A stretch of 64,000 nt of DNA. Source: a virus. The position numbers were made by a program, and so were the translations under genes. The stretch lies in the IMG/VR virus record IMGVR_UViG_3300021197_001793, positions 6,655 to 70,654 of that record. The stretch is one strand, 5' to 3'. This document shows, one piece after another, positions 20,312-29,657 of this stretch. The notes under the pieces were generated by a model, which worked only from the letters and a program-made list of their open reading frames with translations, was not told the origin of the DNA and did not search any database. The number at the start of each line of letters is the position of its first letter. Position 1 is the first letter of the stretch.

Positions 20312-20635
20312 ATGTCAAGATATAACAAAAACCAAACAGCATTTAATGAGTTGTTAGAATACAAAAATTTATTAGATAAGCGAGGCGTCAAAAGAATAGA
20401 ACAATATAGGACTACCTCTCTAAAGGACGTTGATCTATCAATGGTCGATTATGTTACACGTGTGTGGGGCATTGGGGATGCATTCTGGAAATTATCTGTT
20501 GAATTTTATGGTGAGCCAAAATATTGGTATATCATTGCAAGATTTAACAATATGCCGACAGAAGCAAGCGTTTCAGTCGGAGATCAGATCAAAATACCGA
20601 TAAGTCTCTCATTGGCACTACAGGTGGTGGTATAA
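20312..20635 (+). CDS. LysM-like baseplate protein (gp53-like)
   Basis: GDAFWKLSVEFYGEPKYWYIIARFN...GDQIKIP. SD AGGAG before ATG 20312. Confidence 0.8.
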   Translation: MSRYNKNQTAFNELLEYKNLLDKRGVKRIEQYRTTSLKDVDLSMVDYVTRVWGIGDAFWKLSVEFYGEPKYWYIIARFNNMPTEASVSVGDQIKIPISLSLALQVVV

Positions 20636-23600
20636 TGAGCACATTATTCGAGTATATTTCTTCTGCTATCAACGATCCTTATGGGCAAGATGGTACTGAC
20701 GATGGCACAATATCTAGAAACAAGTGGGCAGACTACGCAGCAAATGGGAGTAAATACGATTTATTCGGACCAGAAGACCAAGCTGCTTTAAATAGCTGGA
20801 GTGACTGGATTTTAAACCATCTTAAAGTCCCTATCACTCATGTTTTAAATGATTATACACGATTACAAATCGGCCAAGTAGGAACTGTGGTGAGGGCTTT
20901 TTTAAATAAAATGCTTAGTGAAAAATATGCATCTCAAAGTTATTTTGATAGTAGTATGTCAGCAGGCAATAATGTTTGGACAGAAGACGGTATTAGATTT
21001 TTAGAAAGGATGCTCGAAAGTACAAAGGTGGGCTTTAGCTCTACAAACACAAATCATCCTTTTGTTGCCGGCGACTTGGTAACTTACTTTTTTCTTTTTG
21101 GTAAGCTTAGTGAATCTCAGTATATTGCAATTAATGGCGAAGGTGGCATTGGTGGTAGTTATATTTATTCTAATCAAGGAGTGAGATTTGTTTTAAGATA
21201 CTCTCCTAGTAATGACAAAATCCTAACAGAGAGAGCCGCAAGGGTTGTTGCTATGTGGGAAAAATACAAAGGCGGTGATTCGATTGGCGAGGGCTCTAGT
21301 AGAAAACTAGAGAACTTGGGCTGGGATATTGCAAGATTTCGCAAAGAGGCCACGCAGGAAGCTAACATAATTGTAAAAGGTAAAATAAAACTCTCTAGTG
21401 GGGAAACATATTTGGTAAATGCTGATCCGCAAGCTCTTGTGAATGGTGCAAAATTACAAGGAAACACTGCGTTACCCTATATTGATTGGGTTACGCCGGT
21501 GGGGTCGAAATCACTACCAAAGGTGCCCGAGCATTCTATTGAAAAAGGCTTTACATCATGGATTAAAACTCACAACTGGCCTGAGTTGAAAATGAATGTT
21601 AATATTCATGAAACGGTGGCTGTTGCAGGATCTAGAGAGCCAAGTGTTATAGAGAAAGCCGTTGTTGATGGTTCGAAGACAGATAATATGATGCGGAAAG
21701 TGAGAATAGAACTTATAGATATTGATAGTCAACTTAACGGCTCACATGCATGGCATTTCACACTTGACGAGACAAATGGATCGACTTACAAAAAATTACA
21801 AAAAAAAGCAAAGAAAATTGCTTTTGTCAAACTACAGGGTCTTGGCCCTCAAGGTCCGGGTAGAGGTTTTGTGCCGCAACCTGATGGTATGCCCACCGAC
21901 TCTGACCCAACTATATTAGGAAACTCATATTTATCGATTATCGAAGATCTTGGGAAGTGGTGGGGAATGCCTCTTTTCGCAGGAAATGAAGGAATTACAA
22001 CCGATGCGGGAAGTTGGTTTACCGTTTTAGCTAAAATCGGAGATCCAAAAGGAAAAGACAATCCCCTAAACATAGCTGATAATGCTTGGTACAGACTTAA
22101 ACATGTATTACAAGAGTGCGGCACTGGTAATCACGCAGACCAGAAGGCATATGGGCTTGGAAACGCAGCACTGAAAAGCGACGAAGATTTACTTAAAGAG
22201 GCAATAGGGTCGGCAGGCTATGTAATGGCCTTCCAGTTCTTATATTACTCTGCAATGTCTGAAGTGATAGAATTAGCTCAATTAATCTATGAATTGAAAG
22301 GAGTAGAGTTAACTGACGATAAAATCAATGAGATTCTTGACAAGGCACTCAAAGCAGATTCTACTGCTATGTCTGATGGTGCCGGAGCGTCTGCCTTAGA
22401 AGAGGAAAAAGATGTCCCAGCAGATATTGACGAAAGGCAGGTCTTTTTAAGGCAATGCGCTCTGCTTATGAATATGGATGTTATGAAAAGGGCATGCCAA
22501 GCGGAGTTTAGAAAAGCGGTCGACCCCAATACATATAATGATAGGATTTGGACTGTTGACGTGGACAATACTCACAAAAGAACAGATATCATTAACTTTT
22601 TAACTGCTGCCCCATATAAGACAATTGGAGCATTTTTAGAGTTAACACCCGAATTGCAAGCGTGTTTGGTTCCGAAAATAAGATTTTTTAAAGTTTTTAA
22701 TGAAAAAAATAACAAAGATAACATAAAAGAAGTAGAGTTTTCCTTTCCTTTTCGTTATGACGACAATGATTCAAACTACAGGTTAAAAAATAATGGGATT
22801 GTTTTTCGAGGTGGGGGATCGGGTATAAAGTCCTTTTCCTTTAGCTTTGAGGGAACATCTCCTGCTACTGCAAGAAATGACATCACTGCTGAACTGTCTT
22901 TGTTTTTTCAAGATTTTGCCGATCTATTAAAATATAGAAGTGGAGATGATTTGTTTTCTGATAAGGGAAAATCTGATAAATTTAGATATATTGATATGTT
23001 ATTGTTGCCCGGTAACAAAGTTAATCCATCAAAAGACAGCGAAAATGCTGATAGCCTGTATGAACACTATGCCGCTTTCAATGCAACAGACCACAGAATC
23101 AGGGCCGATGTGGGGTGGGTAATCCGAGATGACAAATTGTTTCGAAATTTAGTCAAAAACAGAGGACTAGCAGAAATTGTTAAAACAAAAACAAAGAAAG
23201 GAACGAAAGAAGATATACTGAATTTAATAAATCAAGCGCTTGAAAATATAAACAAATCTTATTATTTAAATATGGTTGATCATAATATAGATTTTTTAGA
23301 CGATGGGTCTGTTGAATTGAAGGTCAACTATAGAGCTTGGCTAGAGAGCGCTACTAAACAAAATAATCTTGATGCAATGTTATCCCCAGAGTTAGCCAAA
23401 GACAGACTTGCGATGACCAAAGATTATAATAAAGTCATGGAAGACAAAATATGTGAAAAAGGTGATGACTTGCAGGAGTTAATTGGAACGTTTAATGCGA
23501 TCGAAGTCGAATATATGAAAAGAGCACACCAATCAATCATTGAAAGGTTGGTTAGAAATGAAAAGCTACACTATTGTTATATAGACGAAAGAGATATTCA

Positions 23601-25068
23601 AATCTTCAAGGATAAGGGGTTTTTTACAAATACTCCTGCGTTAAGTTTTGGTGGCGGAAGAACAACAGTTAATACACTTAATAAAAATTCAGCAATTACA
23701 GTCAAAGATGTCGTTGAAGACGATAGTAAACCGTTAAATGAGCAAACAACTAAGAAACAATTTTTAGACTCCTCTTTGACTGACCTTAATGAAACACTGT
23801 TGAGTCCAATGAGTACCCAAAAGTTTGTTACGTTTTTCTTTTTTGGGGACCTAATGCACACTGTGATGGATTGTATGAAGGACCCGGGCTCGGGGCCTCC
23901 TTATACTCTTTATCCTCAATTTAAAAAAACAAAAATAATTTTATCTTCATTTGATTATGTTGATCACCTTTTTAATGATAAGAACGTAAATTTATCGGAG
24001 ATTCCAATTTCAACTGAATATTTTTTTGAATGGATGAACCAAAATGTTATTAAACCTAAAAGAAAAACATACCCTCTAACGTACTTTATGAGAGACTTAT
24101 GCAATAAATTAATTGCTAACCTAATGTTGGAACAGTGTATAAACAGGAGTCCAGTGAAAACACTTAGTTTTAAAACTGTTAATTTACTAGGTGTTGTTGA
24201 CGAGGCGGACGAGCCAGATCCATTCTTAGCTATGAATAAATTGGCTGGCTCTGGTCATATTAACCTAGGCGATGCTCACGCAAACCAAAGAGGGTTGCCG
24301 TTGCGTGGAAACATTGGCAATAGATCACTGAACCACGCATATAATTATATTGCAATTTATCCTGTTTCCGATAACCAAAAGTATAGCGGAACTGGTAATT
24401 TCTTTGAAGATGGAAAGAGAGGTATTTATCACTTTAGTATTGGCAGCAACAAAGGTATTGTAAAAACAATAAAATTTTCCAAGACAGACATTCAATATAT
24501 TAGAGAGGCAAGATTTTTTAATCATGGTCACGATGGCCTTATGCAATTGAGTGCAGTTTATAAAGTAACTCTTGAGATGTTTGGTAACACGATATTTTAT
24601 CCGGGCATGCTTATTTTTATTGACCCAAGAGAGCTAGGAGGGTCAGACTTTGATCCAACAAAGGGCCAATCCCACGCAAAAGGTCAATCTGTTGCGAATG
24701 CATTGGGTATAGGCGGATATCACTTGATTACAAGGGTCACTTCAAACCTTGAGTCTGGTAATTTTACTACGACTGTTGAAGCGCAATTTGTATATTCCGG
24801 AGACGGAACCCAAAGTAGCATACACGGGAACAAAACAAAAGAAGTAATAACGGTAAATATAGAAGATTCAAACCAAGTAGGGCAAGGCGTTCTGAATTCA
24901 TGTAACAAAATTACACAAATCTATGAACAAGTATTAGAGTCGGGGAACCTTGGTACCACATCCTCTGGTTTGAAATCTATTGCTGGTGCTTCTGATGCCG
25001 ATAAAGATAAGGCGATAGCAAAAAATGCTGTTAATAACAGTGTAATCCCTCCAAAAGGTAGCCCATAA
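20635..25068 (+). CDS. Large baseplate hub protein (gp27-like C-terminus)
   Basis: 1477 aa. C-terminal YKVTLEMFGNTIFYPGMLIFID and GGYHLITRVTSNL..FTTTVEA are typical of hub proteins. Confidence 0.65.
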   Translation: MSTLFEYISSAINDPYGQDGTDDGTISRNKWADYAANGSKYDLFGPEDQAALNSWSDWILNHLKVPITHVLNDYTRLQIGQVGTVVRAFLNKMLSEKYASQSYFDSSMSAGNNVWTEDGIRFLERMLESTKVGFSSTNTNHPFVAGDLVTYFFLFGKLSESQYIAINGEGGIGGSYIYSNQGVRFVLRYSPSNDKILTERAARVVAMWEKYKGGDSIGEGSSRKLENLGWDIARFRKEATQEANIIVKGKIKLSSGETYLVNADPQALVNGAKLQGNTALPYIDWVTPVGSKSLPKVPEHSIEKGFTSWIKTHNWPELKMNVNIHETVAVAGSREPSVIEKAVVDGSKTDNMMRKVRIELIDIDSQLNGSHAWHFTLDETNGSTYKKLQKKAKKIAFVKLQGLGPQGPGRGFVPQPDGMPTDSDPTILGNSYLSIIEDLGKWWGMPLFAGNEGITTDAGSWFTVLAKIGDPKGKDNPLNIADNAWYRLKHVLQECGTGNHADQKAYGLGNAALKSDEDLLKEAIGSAGYVMAFQFLYYSAMSEVIELAQLIYELKGVELTDDKINEILDKALKADSTAMSDGAGASALEEEKDVPADIDERQVFLRQCALLMNMDVMKRACQAEFRKAVDPNTYNDRIWTVDVDNTHKRTDIINFLTAAPYKTIGAFLELTPELQACLVPKIRFFKVFNEKNNKDNIKEVEFSFPFRYDDNDSNYRLKNNGIVFRGGGSGIKSFSFSFEGTSPATARNDITAELSLFFQDFADLLKYRSGDDLFSDKGKSDKFRYIDMLLLPGNKVNPSKDSENADSLYEHYAAFNATDHRIRADVGWVIRDDKLFRNLVKNRGLAEIVKTKTKKGTKEDILNLINQALENINKSYYLNMVDHNIDFLDDGSVELKVNYRAWLESATKQNNLDAMLSPELAKDRLAMTKDYNKVMEDKICEKGDDLQELIGTFNAIEVEYMKRAHQSIIERLVRNEKLHYCYIDERDIQIFKDKGFFTNTPALSFGGGRTTVNTLNKNSAITVKDVVEDDSKPLNEQTTKKQFLDSSLTDLNETLLSPMSTQKFVTFFFFGDLMHTVMDCMKDPGSGPPYTLYPQFKKTKIILSSFDYVDHLFNDKNVNLSEIPISTEYFFEWMNQNVIKPKRKTYPLTYFMRDLCNKLIANLMLEQCINRSPVKTLSFKTVNLLGVVDEADEPDPFLAMNKLAGSGHINLGDAHANQRGLPLRGNIGNRSLNHAYNYIAIYPVSDNQKYSGTGNFFEDGKRGIYHFSIGSNKGIVKTIKFSKTDIQYIREARFFNHGHDGLMQLSAVYKVTLEMFGNTIFYPGMLIFIDPRELGGSDFDPTKGQSHAKGQSVANALGIGGYHLITRVTSNLESGNFTTTVEAQFVYSGDGTQSSIHGNKTKEVITVNIEDSNQVGQGVLNSCNKITQIYEQVLESGNLGTTSSGLKSIAGASDADKDKAIAKNAVNNSVIPPKGSP

Positions 25069-26231
25069 TGTCAAATTTCCAAGCAACAAACAATTTTAGA
25101 TTAACAAGGTTTGCATTTTACGAAAGACTTAGATTTAAATTATATGCTTATGAAAAAGTCAATCATAGCAATCTGAAAGACATCAATTTTTCCAGTCTCA
25201 ATTTGTATGGAAAAGTTAATAATATTTATGACTCTGTTTATTTGGATGAGGGAAAGATAAGCTATACTGCTGATAACAAGCCGGCTGCAAATTTCGTAGT
25301 TGCGGCTTTCAATAGTGTCTTGGAGCATTTTAAAAGGGCAAACAATTTTGAAAGAATATCACCAGATGAAAAATATCTATCTGATCTGAGATGTTATGGT
25401 GGCTATATGAGCCCCATTGAACAATACAGCAATTATATTAATAGTGTTATGGAGCAGTATAATTTCAATTACCTAAAACACGACCAGATAAACAGCTTTA
25501 AAGATTATTTATCGCACTTGATACCCTATGCTAAGTTCTTGAGATCAGAGTTTCCCCTGACATTTTCTGGATGGCTTAGATCCAAAAGGTGCTCGCCTTT
25601 TGTAACAGGTCTGTGCTTGAATATTTCAAATGATAATTTTGGTGATGATGTTGCTAAGGAAAGAGACTTTCTTCAAAGTCGTAATTTAAATTTTTATCTA
25701 GACACCTGCAAGTCTAGAGGATTTTATGTTGCAAAGTCAAATCCAAGTGTGTTAATAGCTGACATTAATTCTGCTCCTATGAAAGCTTTCATGTCCGAAT
25801 TTGGTCTTGACAACTCGTTGTTTGCCACAGGATATAAATTAGCTTTTGAAAGAGACATGGAACTATTGACAAATAAGATTACAGAATACTATAACATGTT
25901 TATTAAGAATCGTCAAGTAATATTTAAACAAAAAATATCAAAAGATAATAAATTATATACTAAAATAGAATATATTAATAATAATTATAATATTAATAAT
26001 ATAAATAATATAATATATAAATTATATATAAACATAAAAAACATTGAAGAAGATTATGTATATGGACAAGCAGATATTAATCATTTTATAAAAACAGCAA
26101 AAAACTTAGAGAAAAAGTTTGACAAAGAAAAAGCAATAAGTTATATTAATATCAAGTTTCGTTCAACTTATGCATCAAAATACGGTGGGCTGAACTATTA
26201 CAGTAAAAAATTTGATTCAATGGAGGATTAA
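25068..26231 (+). CDS. Hypothetical protein
   Basis: 387-aa ORF translationally coupled on both sides, with an Asn/Ile low-complexity segment. Confidence 0.7.
   Translation: MSNFQATNNFRLTRFAFYERLRFKLYAYEKVNHSNLKDINFSSLNLYGKVNNIYDSVYLDEGKISYTADNKPAANFVVAAFNSVLEHFKRANNFERISPDEKYLSDLRCYGGYMSPIEQYSNYINSVMEQYNFNYLKHDQINSFKDYLSHLIPYAKFLRSEFPLTFSGWLRSKRCSPFVTGLCLNISNDNFGDDVAKERDFLQSRNLNFYLDTCKSRGFYVAKSNPSVLIADINSAPMKAFMSEFGLDNSLFATGYKLAFERDMELLTNKITEYYNMFIKNRQVIFKQKISKDNKLYTKIEYINNNYNINNINNIIYKLYINIKNIEEDYVYGQADINHFIKTAKNLEKKFDKEKAISYINIKFRSTYASKYGGLNYYSKKFDSMED
25969..26032. other. 64-nt pure A/T tract (candidate DNA unwinding element)
   Basis: No G or C between 25969 and 26032. Confidence 0.5.
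26119..26147 (+). promoter_or_regulatory. Sigma70-type promoter
   Basis: TTGACA-N17-TATATT upstream of the polA-like gene. Confidence 0.7.
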
Positions 26232-27424
26232 TGGTATTTCAAATACTTGACGACAAGGAAAGATGTTTCGGTATCTACAGAAATGGAGAATTTATTTATG
26301 ATCGTGTCCCACATAACGTTACCGGCACTTGGAGTTGGCATCCTAACCTCTCTGATTCTGCTATTAGTTTTGCAGATATTTACACTGGTGGGCAATCAAT
26401 TGATGAGGTTTGCCCTGAACACCTCAAAACAAGATTCGACAAAAGAGAACAAAAAATAAAAGCGTTTATCAAATCAGCAGTCAAATCAAAAATAAATATT
26501 GATGATTACTGCCTGTTTAATATAGTCCCAGAGCAACACCTTCGACACTATTGCGAAGTCAAAAATGAAATATGCGAATGGGTCTTCGAACATTATGAAA
26601 GACCAGATAATCATGATTTTATAGTCGATCTTAAAAACATGTCCGCAGAGATCTCACGAAGACCTGTATTAATAGACCAAGAACGCCTCTTAAGACACTC
26701 CCACAATGATATGAAGGCTAAGTCACTACGTAACTTCTTAAGTGGCCAAAACAAGCCGATTTTGTATGATGTGTGGGGCTCTAGAACTGGCCGGTTGGCA
26801 ACAAAAACGGGATCATTCCCAATCATGAATTTGAAGAAGGAGATGGCTGATGTTGTGATTCCAAAAAACAACATATTTGTACAGTTCGACTTAAATGGTG
26901 CGGAGATTAGAACTCTATTGTCCTTATCTACTGGTACCCACCCCCGTGAGGACGTACACGAGTATAATATTAAGAACGTTTATAGAGGAATTGGAACAAG
27001 AGAGAAAGCGAAGAAGAGATTCTTTGCATGGCTCTACAACCCAAATGCACAAGATCACTTAACAGAGCGGTTTTATAATAAGACCAAAGTGTTGAAGAAG
27101 TTTTATAGTCGTGGCGAGGTCTACACTCCATTTGGGAGAAAGATACAAACCGATGACTTTCACGCCCTCAATTATTTATTACAGAGTACATCATCGGACA
27201 ATTGTATGATGCAATGCGTAAAGATAAATAAGTTTCTGAAACACACGAATTCATTTGTTCATTCTGTGATACATGATTCGTTGACAATTGATCTCGATTT
27301 AAAGGATCGACACTTACTACCACAGATTCAAGAGATATTTGAAGACACCCAACTTGGGTGGTTTAAGTCTTCGACTCATGTCGGTCATAATTTAAAAGAT
27401 ATGTTGGAGGTATCATGGTCTTAA
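26231..27424 (+). CDS. polA: Minimal family A DNA polymerase
   Basis: TGRL, motif A (FDLNGAEIR), motif B (REKAKKRFFAWLY), TPFGR, NYLLQSTSSD, motif C (VIHDS). Only 397 aa. Confidence 0.8.
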   Translation: MVFQILDDKERCFGIYRNGEFIYDRVPHNVTGTWSWHPNLSDSAISFADIYTGGQSIDEVCPEHLKTRFDKREQKIKAFIKSAVKSKINIDDYCLFNIVPEQHLRHYCEVKNEICEWVFEHYERPDNHDFIVDLKNMSAEISRRPVLIDQERLLRHSHNDMKAKSLRNFLSGQNKPILYDVWGSRTGRLATKTGSFPIMNLKKEMADVVIPKNNIFVQFDLNGAEIRTLLSLSTGTHPREDVHEYNIKNVYRGIGTREKAKKRFFAWLYNPNAQDHLTERFYNKTKVLKKFYSRGEVYTPFGRKIQTDDFHALNYLLQSTSSDNCMMQCVKINKFLKHTNSFVHSVIHDSLTIDLDLKDRHLLPQIQEIFEDTQLGWFKSSTHVGHNLKDMLEVSWS

Positions 27425-28245
27425 TAGGAATAGGAACCGCAGGTCAGAATCTTATAAAAGAATTCGGAAATTATCATAAAAAGATTTTCATAACAGCAAA
27501 AGACTTTCCAAACACCTGCAAAAAGACAGAAGATTATGAGCAACAATGCCCTGACTTTTCTGATCGTTTAAAATTTGAGGATGACAAATGCTGGGTTGCT
27601 CTTTGCGGAGCAGGGAAAGTAGCAGGATGTACCTTGAGAGTCTTGGAGAGCATTAAACATAAAAAAATAAATATTATATATGTATACCCCGATACTACAT
27701 TGTGCAATTCAATGCAATTAAAGAGAAATAAAGTACTAAACAGCGTATTACAGGAGTACACAAGGTCTGGACTGTTTAATAAAATGTATTTATTCTCTAA
27801 TAAAAATGTTTTGGAAATAATTGGTGACCAACCAATCACGGAAATGTATAGCGCTATTAACAAACAGATTGCAAACTCATTGGAAACCCTCGAATGGCTC
27901 AAAACACAAGACCCCGTCATGGGATCAGAGCACGAAGCAAAAAGCGTTTCACGAATTTGTACCCTATCAGTCGGTGATCTTAAGAAAGATGAAGAAAAGA
28001 TGCTTTTTCCGCTTGACAATATTACTGAAGCGAGTTATCTTTATAGTGTAAGCAAAAAACAGTTGGAGAGTGATAAAGATATGCTAAATAAAATAAAGGA
28101 AAAAATAATGAAAGATGAAGAAATAAAAATTGTATCATCGTTTGCCATCTATCCTTCTAAGCATAACCAATCATTCTTTTATTCTTTGAAACTTACACAC
28201 TATATTCAAGAAAAAAATAAAAAAGTTCTTGACAAGATATGGTAA
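27415..28245 (+). CDS. Divergent tubulin/FtsZ-like protein (PhuZ/TubZ-like)
   Basis: N-terminal IGIGTAGQN, degenerate signature loop CGAGKVAG, YVYP, LFSN, YSAINKQI. Confidence 0.65.
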   Translation: MVLIGIGTAGQNLIKEFGNYHKKIFITAKDFPNTCKKTEDYEQQCPDFSDRLKFEDDKCWVALCGAGKVAGCTLRVLESIKHKKINIIYVYPDTTLCNSMQLKRNKVLNSVLQEYTRSGLFNKMYLFSNKNVLEIIGDQPITEMYSAINKQIANSLETLEWLKTQDPVMGSEHEAKSVSRICTLSVGDLKKDEEKMLFPLDNITEASYLYSVSKKQLESDKDMLNKIKEKIMKDEEIKIVSSFAIYPSKHNQSFFYSLKLTHYIQEKNKKVLDKIW

Positions 28246-28257
28246 ACAGGTTAAGTT
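28229..28257 (+). promoter_or_regulatory. Sigma70-type promoter (tandem copy 1)
   Basis: TTGACA-N17-TAAGTT with A-tract UP element. Confidence 0.6.
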
Positions 28258-28326
28258 ATATATGTAAGCAAGAAAAGCTTCACAAAAAATTACAAACAAC
28301 TAAGAAAAAAAAGTTAAACTTTTTTC

Positions 28327-28355
28327 TTGACAAACTATAACAAACATGTTATAAT
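28327..28355 (+). promoter_or_regulatory. Sigma70-type promoter (tandem copy 2, perfect consensus)
   Basis: TTGACA-N17-TATAAT with extended -10 TG and upstream A/T tracts. Confidence 0.9.
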
Positions 28356-28374
28356 ATATAAGTAAGCACAAAAC

Positions 28375-28469
28375 TTGTAACGAGTAAAGTCATTGATGTT
28401 CACCATCACAATCCTTAGAACACAATCCACTTTTCCACTGCATGATAATAAACTTACACGACATTACAA
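28375..28469 (+). ncRNA. Candidate structured leader/small RNA
   Basis: Long-range stem TTGTAA-CG-GTAAAGT / ACTTAC-CG-TTACAA enclosing the hairpin TGATG/CATCA and a C-rich loop with CACAATCC x2 and TCCACT x2. Confidence 0.45.
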
Positions 28470-28481
28470 TAGGAGTTAAAT

Positions 28482-28736
28482 ATGTCTAATACTTACACAC
28501 AATACACTGGTACTTTCACAAAAGCTGACGGCTCAACACGTACAATGAACTTTGTTAAGCCACAAGATCTGCCTTATGCGCATTTTTCTACTAATCAGCG
28601 TAAAACACAAGTGTCACGTGATGGTAAAACCCAAGTCGTATGGGATGTTGATAACAAGTCTTTTAGACGATTCAATACATCTACGCAAATCGGCCAAATG
28701 ACCGAATCAAAAGTCCAAATTACATTTGGCAGTTAA
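28482..28736 (+). CDS. Small Sm-like/SH3 beta-barrel protein (WYL_2/DUF2693-like)
   Basis: Pattern FTKADGSTRTM...VVWDVDNKSFRRF, SD AGGAG. Confidence 0.7.
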   Translation: MSNTYTQYTGTFTKADGSTRTMNFVKPQDLPYAHFSTNQRKTQVSRDGKTQVVWDVDNKSFRRFNTSTQIGQMTESKVQITFGS

Positions 28737-28828
28737 TCGATAATTGATTATAAACTTAGCGAGGGGATTCGTTCCCCTCGACTTTAGTCTGCATAGACAA
28801 AAAACTTAGCTAACACAAGGAGACAAAC

Positions 28829-29596
28829 ATGGCTATAAATTTAGATTTAATGAGAAAGAAACTTGGAGTTTCTCAAAACAACGGTAAAGAACAAGATAAT
28901 ACCAAGTGGCGCCCTAGCGAAGGCGACCAAACAGTACGACTCCTCCCGGCAGCGGACGGAGACCCTTTCAAAGAATTTCATTTCCACTATAACGTGGGAA
29001 AAAACCCCGGTATTCTTTGTCCTAAGCGCAATCATGGAGAAGATTGCCCGATCTGTGACTTTGCATCTAAACTCTGGCGAGAAGGTGTAGAGCGTAATGA
29101 CGATACCTCAAAGCGAGAGGCTAAAAAGCTATTTGCTCGAAAGCGATACTATTCTCCTATTATAGTTCGTGGTGAAGAGAGCAAAGGTGTGAGAGTTTGG
29201 GCTTACGGCAAAACCGCCTATGAGACTTTACTATCCTACGTCCTTGATCCAGACTATGGCGACCTCACACACCCGGAGACCGGGACTGACATTGTATTGA
29301 CTTACACTGTTCCCGGTACTCCCGGATCATTCCCAAAGACGGCTTTAAAGCCTCGTCGCAGACCTTCTGTTTTATGTGATGATGCTGTAGCTGACTGTGA
29401 TGATTTAATAAGCTCGATTCCTGAGATCGAAGGCCTCTTCCAGCGGCGTACTACTTCCGAAGTTCAAGCCATACTGGATGAATACCTGTCCTCCGATGTT
29501 ACCTCAGAAGGCCTCTCCAAGGAGTCTGAGCGCTACAATAGTAACAAAAGTACTGTTGATGATGCTTTAAAGAATTTCCTTAATCAAGGAAGTTAA
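28829..29596 (+). CDS. Single-stranded DNA-binding protein (T4 gp32-like)
   Basis: WRP..G..VRLLP, PF..HY, CPK..CPIC, YGD.T.PETGTDI, acidic tail. Confidence 0.9.
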   Translation: MAINLDLMRKKLGVSQNNGKEQDNTKWRPSEGDQTVRLLPAADGDPFKEFHFHYNVGKNPGILCPKRNHGEDCPICDFASKLWREGVERNDDTSKREAKKLFARKRYYSPIIVRGEESKGVRVWAYGKTAYETLLSYVLDPDYGDLTHPETGTDIVLTYTVPGTPGSFPKTALKPRRRPSVLCDDAVADCDDLISSIPEIEGLFQRRTTSEVQAILDEYLSSDVTSEGLSKESERYNSNKSTVDDALKNFLNQGS

Positions 29597-29612
29597 TCGT
29601 TCGGGAAGTGTT

Positions 29613-29646
29613 GGCCCTGCACTTTAAATAGGGGCTCTTTTTTTAA
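29613..29646 (+). terminator. Intrinsic terminator
   Basis: GCCCT...GGGGC hairpin followed by a T-run. Confidence 0.6.
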
Positions 29647-29657
29647 TAGGGGAAAAT

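Noticed and set aside
26231-27424. Mini-polymerase as a T7-type RNA polymerase (IHDS motif C)
   Set aside because: TGRL, DxxxAEIR with the steric-gate Glu, TPFGR and NYLLQS are PolA features, and the T7 RNAP DGSCSG-type motif A is absent.
28390-28450. Box C/D or repeat-array type guide RNA
   Set aside because: There are only partial TGATG/ATGA matches in a single unit, with no periodic array and no Nop-domain gene nearby.
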